Positions 42,001 through 55,466 of a stretch of DNA of 64,000 nucleotides are shown one piece after another. The notes beneath the pieces are model-generated. The model saw only the letters and a program-made list of their open reading frames with translations. It had not been told where the DNA came from and did not search any database. The translations under genes and the position numbers were made by a program. Source of the stretch: Priapulus caudatus (Eukaryota); the NCBI RefSeq assembly GCF_000485595.1, contig NW_014577068.1:1341894-1405893 (forward strand), in the 5' to 3' direction. How positions within the stretch are numbered: the first letter of the stretch is position 1; every line of letters starts with the position of its first letter.

Positions 42001-43931
42001 TTGTTTCATTGGTAGACGAAACATGAAGCGGGTTCTAGCTGGTTTTTCTAGACTCAGTGATGTTGAGTCTATCGGGAAAGAATGTACATGCCAAACAATT
42101 TTACTGAAATATATATATTTCCTAATAATTTGCGGAGGTGTACTCAAAGTGAGGTATAATGAAACTGCATGAGACGAGGAGCGTGTGTATACTAGCAAGA
42201 GGACAAGTTCTTCATGCTTGCAATTGTTTGGGTGTGTTTGCAATCCCGCGGGAAATACAAGCTATCAGCCGTGTAATTGATATGGTCCTCACGAGACCCT
42301 GCTGTCAATTTAAGCACGTAATTGATATAAGCAGTAGCCACTGGTCAATGGTCAGTCGGTAGGCAGTCAAGTGTGTAACTGATACAACAGCCAGTGGTCA
42401 GTGGCATGCAGCCAAGTGTGTAATTGGCACACATTGAGTGACAAGTGGCGTGTGCCCAAACAGCGGGAGTTGTGTAAATTAGTGGCTACTTAGTGGTCAT
42501 TCAAACCGTGTTTAGCCAGTTAGTGCCAAGTCGGCAGATGTTACTGTCGTTCTATCCCACTGTTTGTACTGGCCAATCAGTAGAAAGACTTCGTTGGGAT
42601 CAACGTATTTTCACAGCAACATATCTCAGCACGGGCATCAGGCGGGCAATAGCGAAAATATTAGAATAGGGTGATGTGCCTTGCACTAGGAATGTGATAT
42701 AGAGCTGGTTAAACCTTATGCTGCTATTAATGTGTATCCTATCCTACTACCTACCGAGCTCAAATTACCTATCTAGTTTGTGGTGAATTAACTGCGTCTA
42801 TCACCAGGGTCGAATTTATTGCTGTCCTCCACATAGATGTGGTTGACTGCTATAGTCTTCACTAATATATGTGCTGTCCGTGGGGGAAGATTCTAGCAGC
42901 ATTTGTGTGTTTGCTACTATATGTCTTCAGAATATACCTGTTTAGCGTTATACCTCGCCTTGTGTTTTGACAGGTAATGTTATTTGCAAAATGTAATCAA
43001 ATATGAAGCCTACGAGTAGACAGCGAATGTAAAGACACTGTCTATAGCCTTTGATCTCCGTATAAAATTCTTCTATAACTTTTGTGCCATAAATTACCAT
43101 TGCGTTCATTTCTAATGTGTTTAAAAAATCGTAATCTTTGGTTTTCTGGCGATTCTAAGTGGGAAATGAATAGTTTATAGCATGCGATACAAGGTTAATA
43201 CACTTATAGTTATATGTGTATTGTCATTTAAATTGCTAAGTAATATTCTCTATTAGAAAAATGTAAAGAAATTATGTTGTGGCCAGGCTATTCTTATATT
43301 CCAATGTCATCATGCGATTGATAATTAACATTTTCGTCTGTATTTTTAATGTCTTAATTCAGTCATTTTTTTAAAGTTGAGTTAGTACATTCGGACATCG
43401 ATACAATTATTTGGCAAATTAATACCCCTTTATCATACATGTAACATTTATTGTTAAAAGTTGAGTGTTAAATATTCACTAATTTAGAGAATAAGAAACT
43501 AGTATGTTTATTCTATAGATTCCAAGATATTTGGAACCTTAGTAGCAGTCAGAAAATTTAAAAAAAGGCTTGTGGCTTAATTTGAACACCGGGCAGTTAT
43601 TGTATTCACCCTGGAATAATGTAACGTAAATTGTAGACCTTCTCTCGATCATTATATGTAACTTGTAAGCCGTAATTTATTGGCTGATTTCTTGGATAAA
43701 TTTCCTCATTTTGATGGTATAATGCTAATGAAGAACAGGGACATCCACGAGATCGGTTTAATTCAAATGCAGCAGAGACAAGCCGAGCAACCGGTACTTG
43801 ATGTGTAGTATCGTATGAAGCAAGGCAATGGGTCTGAGCTTATACCGATTTGAAATCTGATGTTCAAACTGCAAATAAAATGTATTTCTTGTGGTTTGAG
43901 AGACAAAACCAAACTGTCATATTCCACATAT

Positions 43932-43966
43932 CAAGAGCTAATAATAAGAGGTATTATTAGCTCTTG
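43932..43966. mobile_element. 35-bp palindromic P-element-like mini-MITE
   Basis: 15-bp perfect TIR CAAGAGCTAATAATA; 7-bp TSD CACATAT. Confidence 0.8.
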
Positions 43967-46900
43967 CACATATCCACAGTTACATAAACAACATTTGTCA
44001 ATTGATGCTACGTTAGCAGCCAGTCCTAGTTCTACTTAGATTTAAATGGTTTATGATATATTTGTGAATATGTGTGTCGTGTGCGATTTCTATACGTATA
44101 GCTAATATGGCTATATAAAGTTCTGGTGAGTGAAATGATGCTATGAAAATATTTTGCATCTCGTTGAATGCTAATTGAAACAAACATTTCATTTACAAGT
44201 GCTTTCCGTGGATATACCCTGCTAGATATTTCATCGACAATATATATAATGTGGCTTGTAAAATATTGGAAGCTTTAAATAAAATTGTATTTTTAGTGTT
44301 ATCTGTTGTTAGTTAAATATCTGCGACCCTATTACGGTTATGTATCGAGTGCTTAACTTTTCAGTTATGACTGAAGTTTTGTTGGTTCATGTTTCACGTA
44401 TTTTTAGCACATTTCGTACAGACATAAATATTGTTGCTATACTATACTATTGTACAGGCATACTACTACTAATAATAGTAATAATAATAATGTTATTATT
44501 ATTATTAGTAGTAGTAGTAATAATATTAAAAACTAATAGCATAGAAAAAGGGCCCTGGTCTACATATTAGTTTTGGAATTACATTTACAACATTTTGTAA
44601 TATTAACCAGAGAATGGTGCTGGTGGCTCTGCGAAAAAAACATTCATGATGTCATGTTTCACCTGGGATATCATTATATCAATTCCTTCCTGTCATAATA
44701 ATTGAATATACATATTGATCATGCCATATCTATTATGGATTGGGTGTATGAATATGTTTCAAAATTCCGATGCTAACAAGCTATGTATTATTAAATGGTT
44801 GTAGATAGGTGAGATAGTTAGTTTCGTTCATAGATGGGTGGTAGGGTAGCAATTTTCCCTAACTGTGTATGCTCGCGTACAAACCGTAGGTGCGAGAGGT
44901 AGCTGACACGTAGTCATTTTCATTAAATCGCGTGCTGGTCCATAGTACGCGTACAACTGATGGAAATGTGTCCACAGTGACGTCTTGCTTTGTCATTGCC
45001 GTGTGAAGAACAGTGCGACTATTTAGTAGTTAGCAGACTCGAAATTTCATTTTAAAAGTAACTAGGTGTATTCGAACTTTAATGATTTATTAAATTATAT
45101 ATTATGGTACAGTATATTGTGTTCATAATGTGTAGTGCGTACTCCAGTTACAATGGAGCTTTTCCCCTGTTGGTCTTGAACGGCTGTTCAAATACAAATG
45201 TTCTTAATCGAAGGATTTACTGTGTGAAAATCTTCAACACAACATACTTATTTGATGTCACAAAGACTTCAATTATAAATGCATGGAGAGATTCTGTCTT
45301 TGATTCTGATAATCAAAATTATAGCATGCCAGAGAGATTTCATATTGCTATACATGAATAAGGGTGCCCTCATGTAACGGTCATTTCCACGTGGGCGTTC
45401 AATGTGGGCGCTTCAAAATTCAGAGATCTTAGATGATAAATGAAAATTGTAACGAGACAAAAGTTGCGATTTTTTTACCATGAATTTATTTCTTCTGATC
45501 ATAAAAAAAGGAGGTTACGCATGTACGCTGTAGCACGTCTGTTGATGCTGCTATTGCTGGCTGGGGGCTCATTGTGCTGGCTTGTGCATAGCCTATTCTG
45601 ATCACATCTGTTTTCTCTGGGCAGAGTTTGGCTTGTGGTGATTGTGCAGTCAGCATCAGGACAATGGCAGCAGGTGACACTGGGGCACACACAGCTAGGT
45701 GAGTTATTTTTGTATCCGAACTTCTTTGCAATTTAGTATTCTGTCGAGCGCATGCATCTGTCGAATCAAACGGTAATGTGTTTATTAGGTGGGAGCAGGT
45801 CTTGGTGTGATGATGGCACTTGTAGAGAGTTCTGAGGAACAATGTACATAGTTAACTGAGGATTAATTACGGGAAGGCTTGCGGCACGGTGCTATAGTAC
45901 ACGTTTTAGTCCAGCATGGCTTGATAACTCAATCTATTAACCTGTTAGTGTTAGGGTACGGTGCACCTAAACGCGACGTACCCTGTGCCGCAGATGCATA
46001 ATTGCGGTGCTGTTGTTGTAGTCAGGGCTGCGATCAACGTAACAGGGTACGGGGCAAGCCTGTTGCTGATTTGCTAGTGGATATGCATATTGAATATCAA
46101 TGGCATCAGCACAATGGCAATGCAGCCAGTTCTCCTTAACCCGCTCACCCCGGTAATACCCTGACAATGGAATTTACTCTGCGTGTCCATGGGAAACTAC
46201 CTGCGTTAGCTGCCGTTGCTGTGCCGGTTGCGCCGCACTAGATAGCAGCACCCGGGCTTTGTCGTCCAGGTTATGAATACTCTTCAGTGGCATTCCCAGC
46301 AGCCGCTTTACCCTGAGCAAGATAATCTGTGTTTGTGAAATCTGTGCAGTGTGTCAACCTCGGTGCTGTGACTAGGCGATGAAGCTATGCATTTTTGTGG
46401 CGGGGGTATTCCACCTTTATTGCCCGGTCGGCGGTGTTTCGGTTTGTGGGGACACACTCGGTGACCTTTGCAATGTGTCCTTCAGTTATAGTCGGGGTGG
46501 GGGCAGGTTGTGTATTATATGCCAGCATCAATACCGGCAGTGGAGATCAGATTCCCAAGCCCATTGAATCGTCTCATATCACAGAGTACGAAAATGCCTT
46601 TGATAGATGTACGAAATTTACATGTAAATATACAAACACCTACGACGACTGTCTGTGTGGCGCGTGCTTTTTAAAATATGTTGATTGCAAAGAATATTCG
46701 GCTGGTAATCGAGAGTCCACACCTAATGCAATTCGACGCGTGAATTGTAGATGTAGATGTTTGATGAAACCTTCAAATAGAGTTGGCGAAGAAAATGAGA
46801 TAAACGAGCGCATGCTCAGCCGCTGCCACTGTTGGTCTTCGCTTGACAGTCGTTAGAATTCACCATGCTGCGATGTTTTCACGGAGCACCTGTCTTACTC

Positions 46901-47891
46901 CCGTAATATTTCGTAGGCTATGCTTTATATTTCTCATGCATTTTTTATCTCCGACCTATGACTTCATTTGTGAGCAATTGATTTCATCACTGATTTCGGT
47001 AATTGTAGTAGCACGCGCCTGTTGTCGGGGGGGGGGGGGGGTTATATGTCGTGGTCGTTAGTAACCGGCTACGGCGGATTATGTGGCGTTAGTTATGTCC
47101 TAATAGTTGCTCACCACATCGAATGACCCATTCTTGCTTTCCTCTTCTCGGCTAGCTCGTATTATCAGTATTTCGAATGTGGCTCCGTCCGTCGGCATCG
47201 CGGCTGGACGACGTGTTGATTCCTATTCCTGTAGGTGTCACATGTTACAAACGGGGAAGAGATTTAGAAGGGCCTGATATAGCGGTATTAGGAGAAATGT
47301 CGCTTGCAGTGTGAAACTTCACAGACGATGCAGTACGAGATCATTTTGCCTATGTAGTGTGAGTGAGTCGGTTGAAATTTGTTTGCTTCTGGTAACTCCG
47401 GGAGAAAAGAAGGGGATGCAGACGTAAAATTAGTTATCCTGCTTGCAATGCAATCACACGTGGTGCTGGCTGCTGGTATATATCGGTAGTGGTTCACACT
47501 AATAAATTAATGGCGGACAGAAATTTTGAGCGGTAAATAGTTCAGTTTCAGAGGGGCATTTTCTGAACGGGTACTGACTGACTCTCGGCTATCCCAACAT
47601 ATTATACGCGCGCTTGCAAATTTCCGGTGTGGACGGGTTACTCGGTTAGAAATGTGCTGTAGAAAATGAGCTTCAGCAGGAATGTTGTTGATATTGCCTT
47701 GCAGATGATGACATGCAGTGGCTGTGTTTTTGTGTGAAGTTAGCCGAGATAGAAGCAGTTTGTGTCTATATCTAAAAAGCTAGCTATGTTTGGAAATCTT
47801 AGTGGCTGGGCGCGCGTTCTGTTCCTTGTTCTCCTTCAGGCTTCTGTAATGTTGGTGGTCTTGGTGCCAGTTGTTTTAGTCGCGCGGTTGG

Positions 47892-48272
47892 CAGAGATGC
47901 CAACCACTACGATTTATCCGTATTTTATACGAATTTCGTTTGCATTTTGACCACTACGACCAGTTTGCATACAACTGCGATTTTTATTACGATCGAAAAA
48001 AAATTATTTTTATGATATTTCAAGTGTTTTGTTTCAGTGTTACATTGATATAACATGATTAAAAATAACTACATGTATTTAGCAGCAAATATCAGTGTGA
48101 ACTTATTATCATTTTGGGTTCCAGAATGCAGGAAATTGCATCTCGGAATCAAAAATTTTCCGGGGGGCATGCCCCGAACCCCCCTAACATACGTGGGTCA
48201 CTGCGTGACCCTCGGACTACAGATTTCAGATATCCTCACTACAGTTTGCTCAGAAAAGTGTTGGCATCTCTG
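47892..48272. mobile_element. hAT-like MITE with a 6-bp TSD
   Basis: 13-bp perfect TIR CAGAGATGCCAAC/GTTGGCATCTCTG; GGTTGG on both sides. Confidence 0.85.
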
Positions 48273-51200
48273 GGTTGGGTTTTCAAAAAATGAACAATTT
48301 CTAAGCAGTTATACCATGCCAGCTGTCAACGTCGTTGAGTGTGTGCTTGTGCTGGTTTGCTGGGAAGTACCGTGTACATTTATGTAATCCAGACGTGGGA
48401 CCTTCCGCGAGCTTTTGTCGTGATTTTCGAGCGTATTTACGTTGAAACGAGAACAGGTGCCATTCTTGTACTCCGTTCTCTGTTTTACATATGAATAATG
48501 TGCAGAGACGCATTCTTGTAATTAGCATTAAGCATTCACATTCAAAACCATTGTCTCCGCTTTCGGTGAAACTCGCAATGACGAGTGACTAACAGTTCAA
48601 CTGATAGCAGCTGCCTAGTGAGTTTCGCTTTAAAAAACATAGACCGCTCTTGTCGAAATCTAGTCGGCTGGGCATCCCTTACAGGCCCCAGACGAAAAGT
48701 GATGTTGTTTTTTTCGTGGAGTAAAACCCCCTGGCAGGCCACAGTGATGGGGTTATAGGCCTATCACGTGTGGCTGTGCTCTCGTGTGCCTGCCTGTACG
48801 TCTGAGCCGTGTCTGTGTGCCACCATGTTCGCTCTCTGCATGCGTGTAGAAGGGGTTAGAGTGCATACGTGTACAGTCTGTAGCATGCCACAAAAGCCTC
48901 TCAGCCATGTCTGTTGGTAACCACTGATCTCGTTGGATACCTGTTTTTTTCTCGCCGGCTTTAAAACATTGGCTTGCAGCACGTTGACTGTTCAGGCTTT
49001 TATTGGTGCAGATGGGAATGGGTTTTTTATGGCGCTCTCGGTTTTGTGCGGCAAGTGTTCTCTGCTTGTGTGCATTTCAGCTCGAAGTACGTCAATATCT
49101 GACCTGGCGAGACGTGTGTGCTCTGGGAAATTGCATCAGCGTCAGTGTAGGAGACATCTTTTCCTGTCTGCGCTCGGCATCGGTCACGTCAGGGTCTCGC
49201 ATTGAACCTGGGCTGCGCCGGCCAGAACGAGCGTAAGTTGATTTTGCCTGCTTAGCTTCCTCGCTTGCTCGACGAAAATGTGGTGTCGTCTGCCGCGTGG
49301 ACAGCAGCGAGCGTGGAGCGTGTGCGTGCGTGCGTGCGCGTGCGTGCGCGTGCGTGCGTGCACGTGTATGTGTGCGTCTGACTGTCTATGTGTCTGTGAG
49401 CGTTGGCGTACCTGCAGGCGTGCTGGCGTACGTGTTTGTGCATGTGCTTCTCTGTCCGTTGTTGTCTGTTGCCTGTAAACGTTTTATGTGCGGCTACCAC
49501 GCTGGGGTTTTGTTCTTTGCAGCGAGTCGATCGCAAAGAGTGCAGTGCCACGATTAGAAATGAAATTTTACGTTCGTTTGAGCCACTTCTTTAATTCGTA
49601 TTGATTTATTAAAATATTTCGCGTAGGGTATCTCGCGTGAATGTGGTTGGCTGCTGAAGTATATTGTAAGTAAGGTGGTGTAACTGTATCAGGCGACATA
49701 ATCAAAATATTTCCTTTTCAATTTCAAAACGTGTACCTTTTAAACGGTCAATGCTTTTGTGATGTGTCATCCGTCTAAACCAGTTATAGTTTAATGGTTT
49801 AGCGATGATTTATGAATTATATTGGTGGCATAGCAGGTTTTGTATAGCCGCTGAGCTGTTGGCGTAGACAGACAGTAAGATAGCATCATCATTTTTGCAA
49901 ATAGCTTATGTCACGAATAGCTCAAAATTGTAGTCGGTATCGTGTTTGTTTTCATCTGTTGTTTCTTATGCGTGTCTGAAATTTCGGTCATGTGGTGTGT
50001 TTGATTTCGTCTCGAGCCTTGCACTTTGGAATATACGATATGAAAGTACTATTACTAAGCTTGATTTTGGTAACCGGTGTGCAGAATGACTTGGCTAAAA
50101 AAATCCCCCCCCCCTGTTGCACTTGCTGATTGGGTAAGGTTCTGAGGGTAAATTCGTTATAGTCGTAAATCGTTACCTGTGTTTGCAGATAGTTACGTAC
50201 GTGGCACATAGGAGAAATGCACGTGAAAGGTCAGGGGTCCCCAACCGTCTTTGCTGCCGCTTGTACGTAACGCGCTCTACGGCTGCTGTGTTTGCCCGCG
50301 CTTTTCAGCTAGTGGGAGGGGTAGCTGTTTTCAAATTTCATAGTTTCACAAGTTTTGAAAAGGGATCGCCGAGGGTTCGTCATGTTTGAAATAACCCGAT
50401 CGAAATGGCATTAAGAAACTAAAGAAAATAACTGTGGCCACTCGCCGGGACTGCCATGTGGGCTGGTGACACTCACGTAGGCATTGCAGACTCTTGGTTT
50501 GGAGGGGCTAAAATTAATCGACTCTTTGATTGAGATTAAATTTTTCGCGTATTTTGCGGCACAAGCCGCACGCAAAGGAGATGAAATCTTAACACAGCAC
50601 GTGCAGACAGAGCCCAAAATAAAGACTAATTATTTTCATAAATTGCTAGATTTTTAATGAGGCCAATTTGTGTACTGCTCAGCCTCTGCATCTATCCGTC
50701 GGGGTGGTCGGTTTAGTAAAGGGCTCGTGCAAATATATAGTTATCGTCGTTACTGTCATAACGATCGAGAGAAGGGGCGGTTTTTTGTTTAGCTTTGATG
50801 CTACCGCATACTAATTGACATTCACTTTGGAAATCACGGAAGGCTTAGCCTAATCTCTGATGACCCCTTTCCTATCCCGAGTGTTCCCACTGTCTGGGCA
50901 GGATAGGGCAGGTCTGCCAGTGTGACGTGACCTCAACGGGGTTCATCAACTGCCACACGCGTAAGGCACTATCATCTCCACATTACGCATTGATTTCCGT
51001 AGCAAATTTTGGCGGAGAGAAATTGTCAAGGTTTTGCGTGGTCATTTCTGCAGTTCGGGAGCTCGGCCGGCCGCGTCGTGAGATGTACAGGGCGGTGTGG
51101 GCTGTTTATGTCGGTCGAGTGGTGACTCGGAAGGCAGGTGAGAAGCGTAGGCCCGCACCTGCACGCTCGTCTCCGCAACTGTCATCTCCGGCACAGGTGG

Positions 51201-51543
51201 CACTTCTTTAAAAATCGTCTGCTCCAGTTTAAACTGATATAAGCGCTCTTGATATATAAGGTATAGCGGGCTGGATAATTCACAGGGGCCGGTTGCTGGG
51301 CAGTGATGGTGAGATGTGTATTGTTCGTGCAGTTGGATAGTTGCAGTTTAAATGGATGTTTACTGGATATCACTCTAAATAGAAACTAAATGTATGAAGA
51401 TTGCACAGTAAAAAGGCTGGTTTATTGCTTAAAATGTGCTTATACCTTTGTTCCCTTGTTATAAAATTCCAGAAAACCCATAAATATTATACAATGAAAG
51501 TTTTATTTAATTTCAGTAGCACTGGGCAATGATTCACCATTGT

Positions 51544-51547
<4 letters not shown>

Positions 51548-51615
<68 letters not shown>

Positions 51616-51616
51616 T
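51548..51616. repeat. (TA)n/(TTTA)n microsatellite
   Basis: direct reading; a similar compound repeat lies at ~20086-20133. Confidence 0.9.
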
Positions 51617-53525
51617 TATATGGGATAGTTTAGTATAATGGATAGTCATAAGTAAAATCTATAAAAATGAGAACAAGTTAAATATAAGAAAAGCTTCAAG
51701 CCATATACCTCAATAAGGACCTATGTACATTAGTTACAGTGAATACTTCGAGCCTTTAATTATTTCATTACAAAATGGAACTGCAGCAGGATTGGTGTAA
51801 TGACGAATATTTTAAATATATTCTATTCTCGCCAATGGACACCTCCCTCCCCCCCCCTTCTTCGACACCTATTTGGTTCAGATAGCCGATGATGTACAGG
51901 TAACGTTGTGATGGATTTGGCCTTTCTCCTCATTGCTTGTTATAGCAGGTTTGGCTCGCCTCTGTAGACTACTTTCTGTATCGCCATACGGCTGTAGGCT
52001 TCACAGCCATAGAAGGGGTTTTTTGTCTGTCGCTGTCTGGCAAGTGTTCTTAGCTGTCGTCTATGTCTCACCAGATACTAAACGAAGGCGCTCCCTCCCC
52101 ACCTGTGTGTGTCTAGGATTGAACATCACTAGCCACCAAAGTGCATGTTTGTGGCTCAGCCGAAAACTGTACTAACTTTTCTCTCACAATCTAAAATTTT
52201 TAAAGTGTTTGCTGGATGGGTGGGTTTTCATCTATAACGGTTCATGAAACTTGACCCAATCACGTAGCTCCTGTCTATCTGATATCTGCGAGAGGAGTGC
52301 AAAAAAAAATTCGCTCCGGATGCTCGTTCAAACTGCGAGCGACATCTAGTGGCGGCGCGAAAAGCAAATGCCGTCCATTTAGCTTCACGATTGGCAAATT
52401 ATGTATTGTGCTAGCGCAGCAGCAGCAGCAGCAGCATCCCCGCCTCTTTGAAATGCAGTGCAAAGCCTTTTTGTTAATTTACCTGTTTGCTGGTGTAGGC
52501 ATGAAAGAGTTAGCACATTGCCATCAAGCATGGGTTTGCTGATTGAACCAACGCCAAGAGCTTGCTGCACGTAGCCCTCTCAGTTATACATATTAATTAA
52601 CTTGTATATTTGCGAAATTGGGTTTATAGACAGGTAAGAATCATTTCAAAAAGATTCTAACAGATTGAACCTTGCACGCTAACATGTAGCTGGCTGTAAT
52701 GTGTGGGAGGTCATGTTTCTCCTGAATTAACTTTTGCTTCAGTTTTCAAGTGAATTGTATTTAAAAATCGTAGCAAGTCCATCTTTTTACTAGTTTAGAT
52801 AGAAGATGAAACATGGTAACCATTATAAGTAATAATTGTAACCATGCTTTGCTTATAGGCTGACCACGCAATGCTATATTCTGCAGGCAGTGTTGAAACT
52901 CCAGCAATCTAGTCTGATATTTGAATCTGTCTGCAAGGAGGCTTTGCCTGGTTTAATTAGGCAGGGTTAGCTGTAGGCTGGCTTTGAATTGCGTGGTATC
53001 CACTATGCCCAGTCTGCACTTACTGCTCCTAAATCAATATACTGGCCAGGCTTTCCATCTACCTGATATGAACTTAATGTGAACTCATTTTTTCTCAGCA
53101 AGCACCATTGATGGCATTAGAGACAGTTTATACACTGTCTAGACAGATACAGCTCATTCCTTCTGCCTTGTGGTTAGCTTACCACCTATCACTGTCTCTT
53201 ACTGCTCGGCTCTTGTAATTGGAGATTGGCTTCCGTTACAAGAACCACGTAGACTGTTGTCAATAGTCTAGTGTATTTTGCGACGAATCTGCCACGTATT
53301 TGTTTTTCTATTTATTATTTTTAGTCAGGAGCATACCAGTCCATAAAAGTAGTCTTTGCTTGCCATCTAGTCTGGATGATGGTGGATGTACATAATGTGT
53401 GTGTTAATAGCGAAATATGCCTTTCCACAGTCTCAGCTTTCGGGACCGCAATCCCGATTTTTCGTTTCCAGCCGTTACGAGTATATACATGCATATATGT
53501 AATGAATCTTTCATGTTCCTTACAG

Positions 53526-53643
53526 GTTGCCATAGCCTAATTAATGCAAATCTTGCTTGCATTGTGTGGGGTGCACTAATCGAGCAAGGCAAGGATGAGA
53601 TCAGGGTCAGCTTTGACGTAACGACCATCGGTAGTGTGAAGAG
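53526..53643 (+). other. Candidate 118-nt exon
   Basis: Acceptor TCTTTCATGTTCCTTACAG|G; consensus donor GAG|GTAAGT; one open frame (CHSLINANLACIVWGALIEQGKDEIRVSFDVTTIGSVK); product not recognised. Confidence 0.5.
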
Positions 53644-54047
53644 GTAAGTCAGATTTTCGTTGTATGTTGGTCCATTGTTGGATGTTCAAACAATAATGCG
53701 GCTCAGACACATGTCTTTCCCGGTCGTGTTCCCACGCGTACATAAAGCATGTCTGTTGGAAAATTAACAGTAGTGGTGTGGGTTAAGATGCTAGTCTTGG
53801 GTCACAGTGCCAAGTTAGGAGACCCATGCATCCTTCTGTGTGTGACAGTGATGGTTACACGTTTTTCCGCTTGTATTATTAAGGCATCTTCTGTGAACGC
53901 TTCTTGAATCGTAACATTGTCAAGCATTCTTTCTTGATGAAACGTGCATCATACACAACATATAATTACAGTGAATGGCAGTCGGGTGCACAGTTCACTT
54001 GAATAATTTTTCCCTTGATTTGACTATCGTTCGGGCTTTCATAGTAT

Positions 54048-54088
54048 CATAGGTCAATAATGACAAATATTGTCATTATTAACCCTTG
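54048..54088. mobile_element. 41-bp palindromic P-like mini-MITE (element A)
   Basis: CATAGGTCAATAATGACAA...TTGTCATTATTAACCCTTG; 7-bp TSD ATAGTAT. Confidence 0.8.
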
Positions 54089-54372
54089 ATAGTATATGAA
54101 ACAATTATATTCATACCTTTTACAAAATATAGCCTTGATGATAGCCTTGCATGGTAAGTACTCTGCGGGTAAGCTGCTGATTCCCTCTACCAGTGCAAGC
54201 AGGAGTTAATAATGACAAATATTGTCATTATTAACCCTTGATAGTATATGAAACAATTATATTCATACCTTTTACAAAATATAGCCTTGATGATAGCCTT
54301 GCATGGTAAGTACTCTGCGGGTAAGCTGCTGATTCCCTCTACCAGTGCAAGCAGGAGTTAATAATGACAAAT
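54056..54372. repeat. Exact 152-bp tandem duplication
   Basis: sequence from 54089 is repeated identically from 54241. Confidence 0.95.
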
Positions 54373-54420
54373 TGTCAATATTAGACACAATATTAGACAA
54401 TTTGTCATTATTAACTCCTG
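54352..54420. mobile_element. 69-bp palindromic P-like mini-MITE (element B)
   Basis: TIR CAGGAGTTAATAATGACAAATTGTC; 7-bp TSD GTGCAAG/GTGTAAG. Confidence 0.8.
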
Positions 54421-55065
54421 GTGTAAGGAAACTGATTTTTGTCAGTTTTTTGCATCGTATGTAAAACGTGATGTAGTCGGCACTAGTGTAGTAGTCATTC
54501 CCGCGTTTTTAAAAGATAGTAGTCTTCATACTGAATGCACATCCGCCAATTGCATTTCCATCAAAAGGCAGGTATGGGAAATTTGCGAGGCTATTTCCAG
54601 CTCTTGAGTTTGATCTTTGTGTGTCATAGATCTGCCTATTTGTCAATGTACTTCACAGAATCGCCATACAGCTGCTGATGGTTATAAATGGTGCATGGTT
54701 ATATATCACTGTCATGAAAGGTGATACATGTAGATGGATTTTGTTACAGTTGTACAAAATTGGTTGGTGATAATGCCAAATGAAAACTAGAAACTCCTAT
54801 TATCACGTTTATTATAGCATGCTCCCTGTAATGGATGCTCGCACGGTGTGCATATCTCAATTGTCGTTAAGAGTGTGGGCATTCGAAGCTGGCAGGCTGA
54901 AAGGGACATCCCCCCTCGTGTAAAGAACAGCCAAAATAACAAGCTGCTGTACCTATTGATTCTGGCTTCCCTTTTCACAAAAAATGCAGTCAAAATAAGC
55001 CTTATAGTCATAATAACAGCGTTTCAGCCAAAATAAGACTAACTCTTCATTTTGATTCCAGCGAA

Positions 55066-55068
<3 letters not shown>

Positions 55069-55108
<40 letters not shown>

Positions 55109-55170
55109 GCGAGAGCGAGAGCGAGAGAGAGAGAGAGAGAGAGAAAGAGATATAGAGATCGAGAGAGAGA
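55069..55170. repeat. (GA)n microsatellite
   Basis: direct reading; (TC)n follows at ~55418-55500. Confidence 0.92.
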
Positions 55171-55416
55171 CGGTGTAGGGGCTGCATGGCTGTAGATGGT
55201 GAAGATTGTTGTGCATCAGTAAATTGGGCGAGGAAATGGATGAGAGACTGTTTCCTCAGATGCAGGCCTAATGTTCACATCAGAGTATGTGTAGTGTGTC
55301 CAGTTTTCCTCCTCCTGCGGGCAAGAGCAGATATGGTCGTTAAAATATGAACCCTTACAGAAGCGGTACTTAACAAATCATGCTGGCTCATTCTAACTTG
55401 TACTCTTGCTTTCCCT

Positions 55417-55466
<50 letters not shown>

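Noticed and set aside
46395..46856. 153-aa Cys-containing ORF, and other non-repetitive ORFs such as 9709-10143, 23739-24002 and 45486-45842
   Set aside because: No recognisable domain or transposase/RT motif and no convincing splice boundaries; lengths are compatible with chance.
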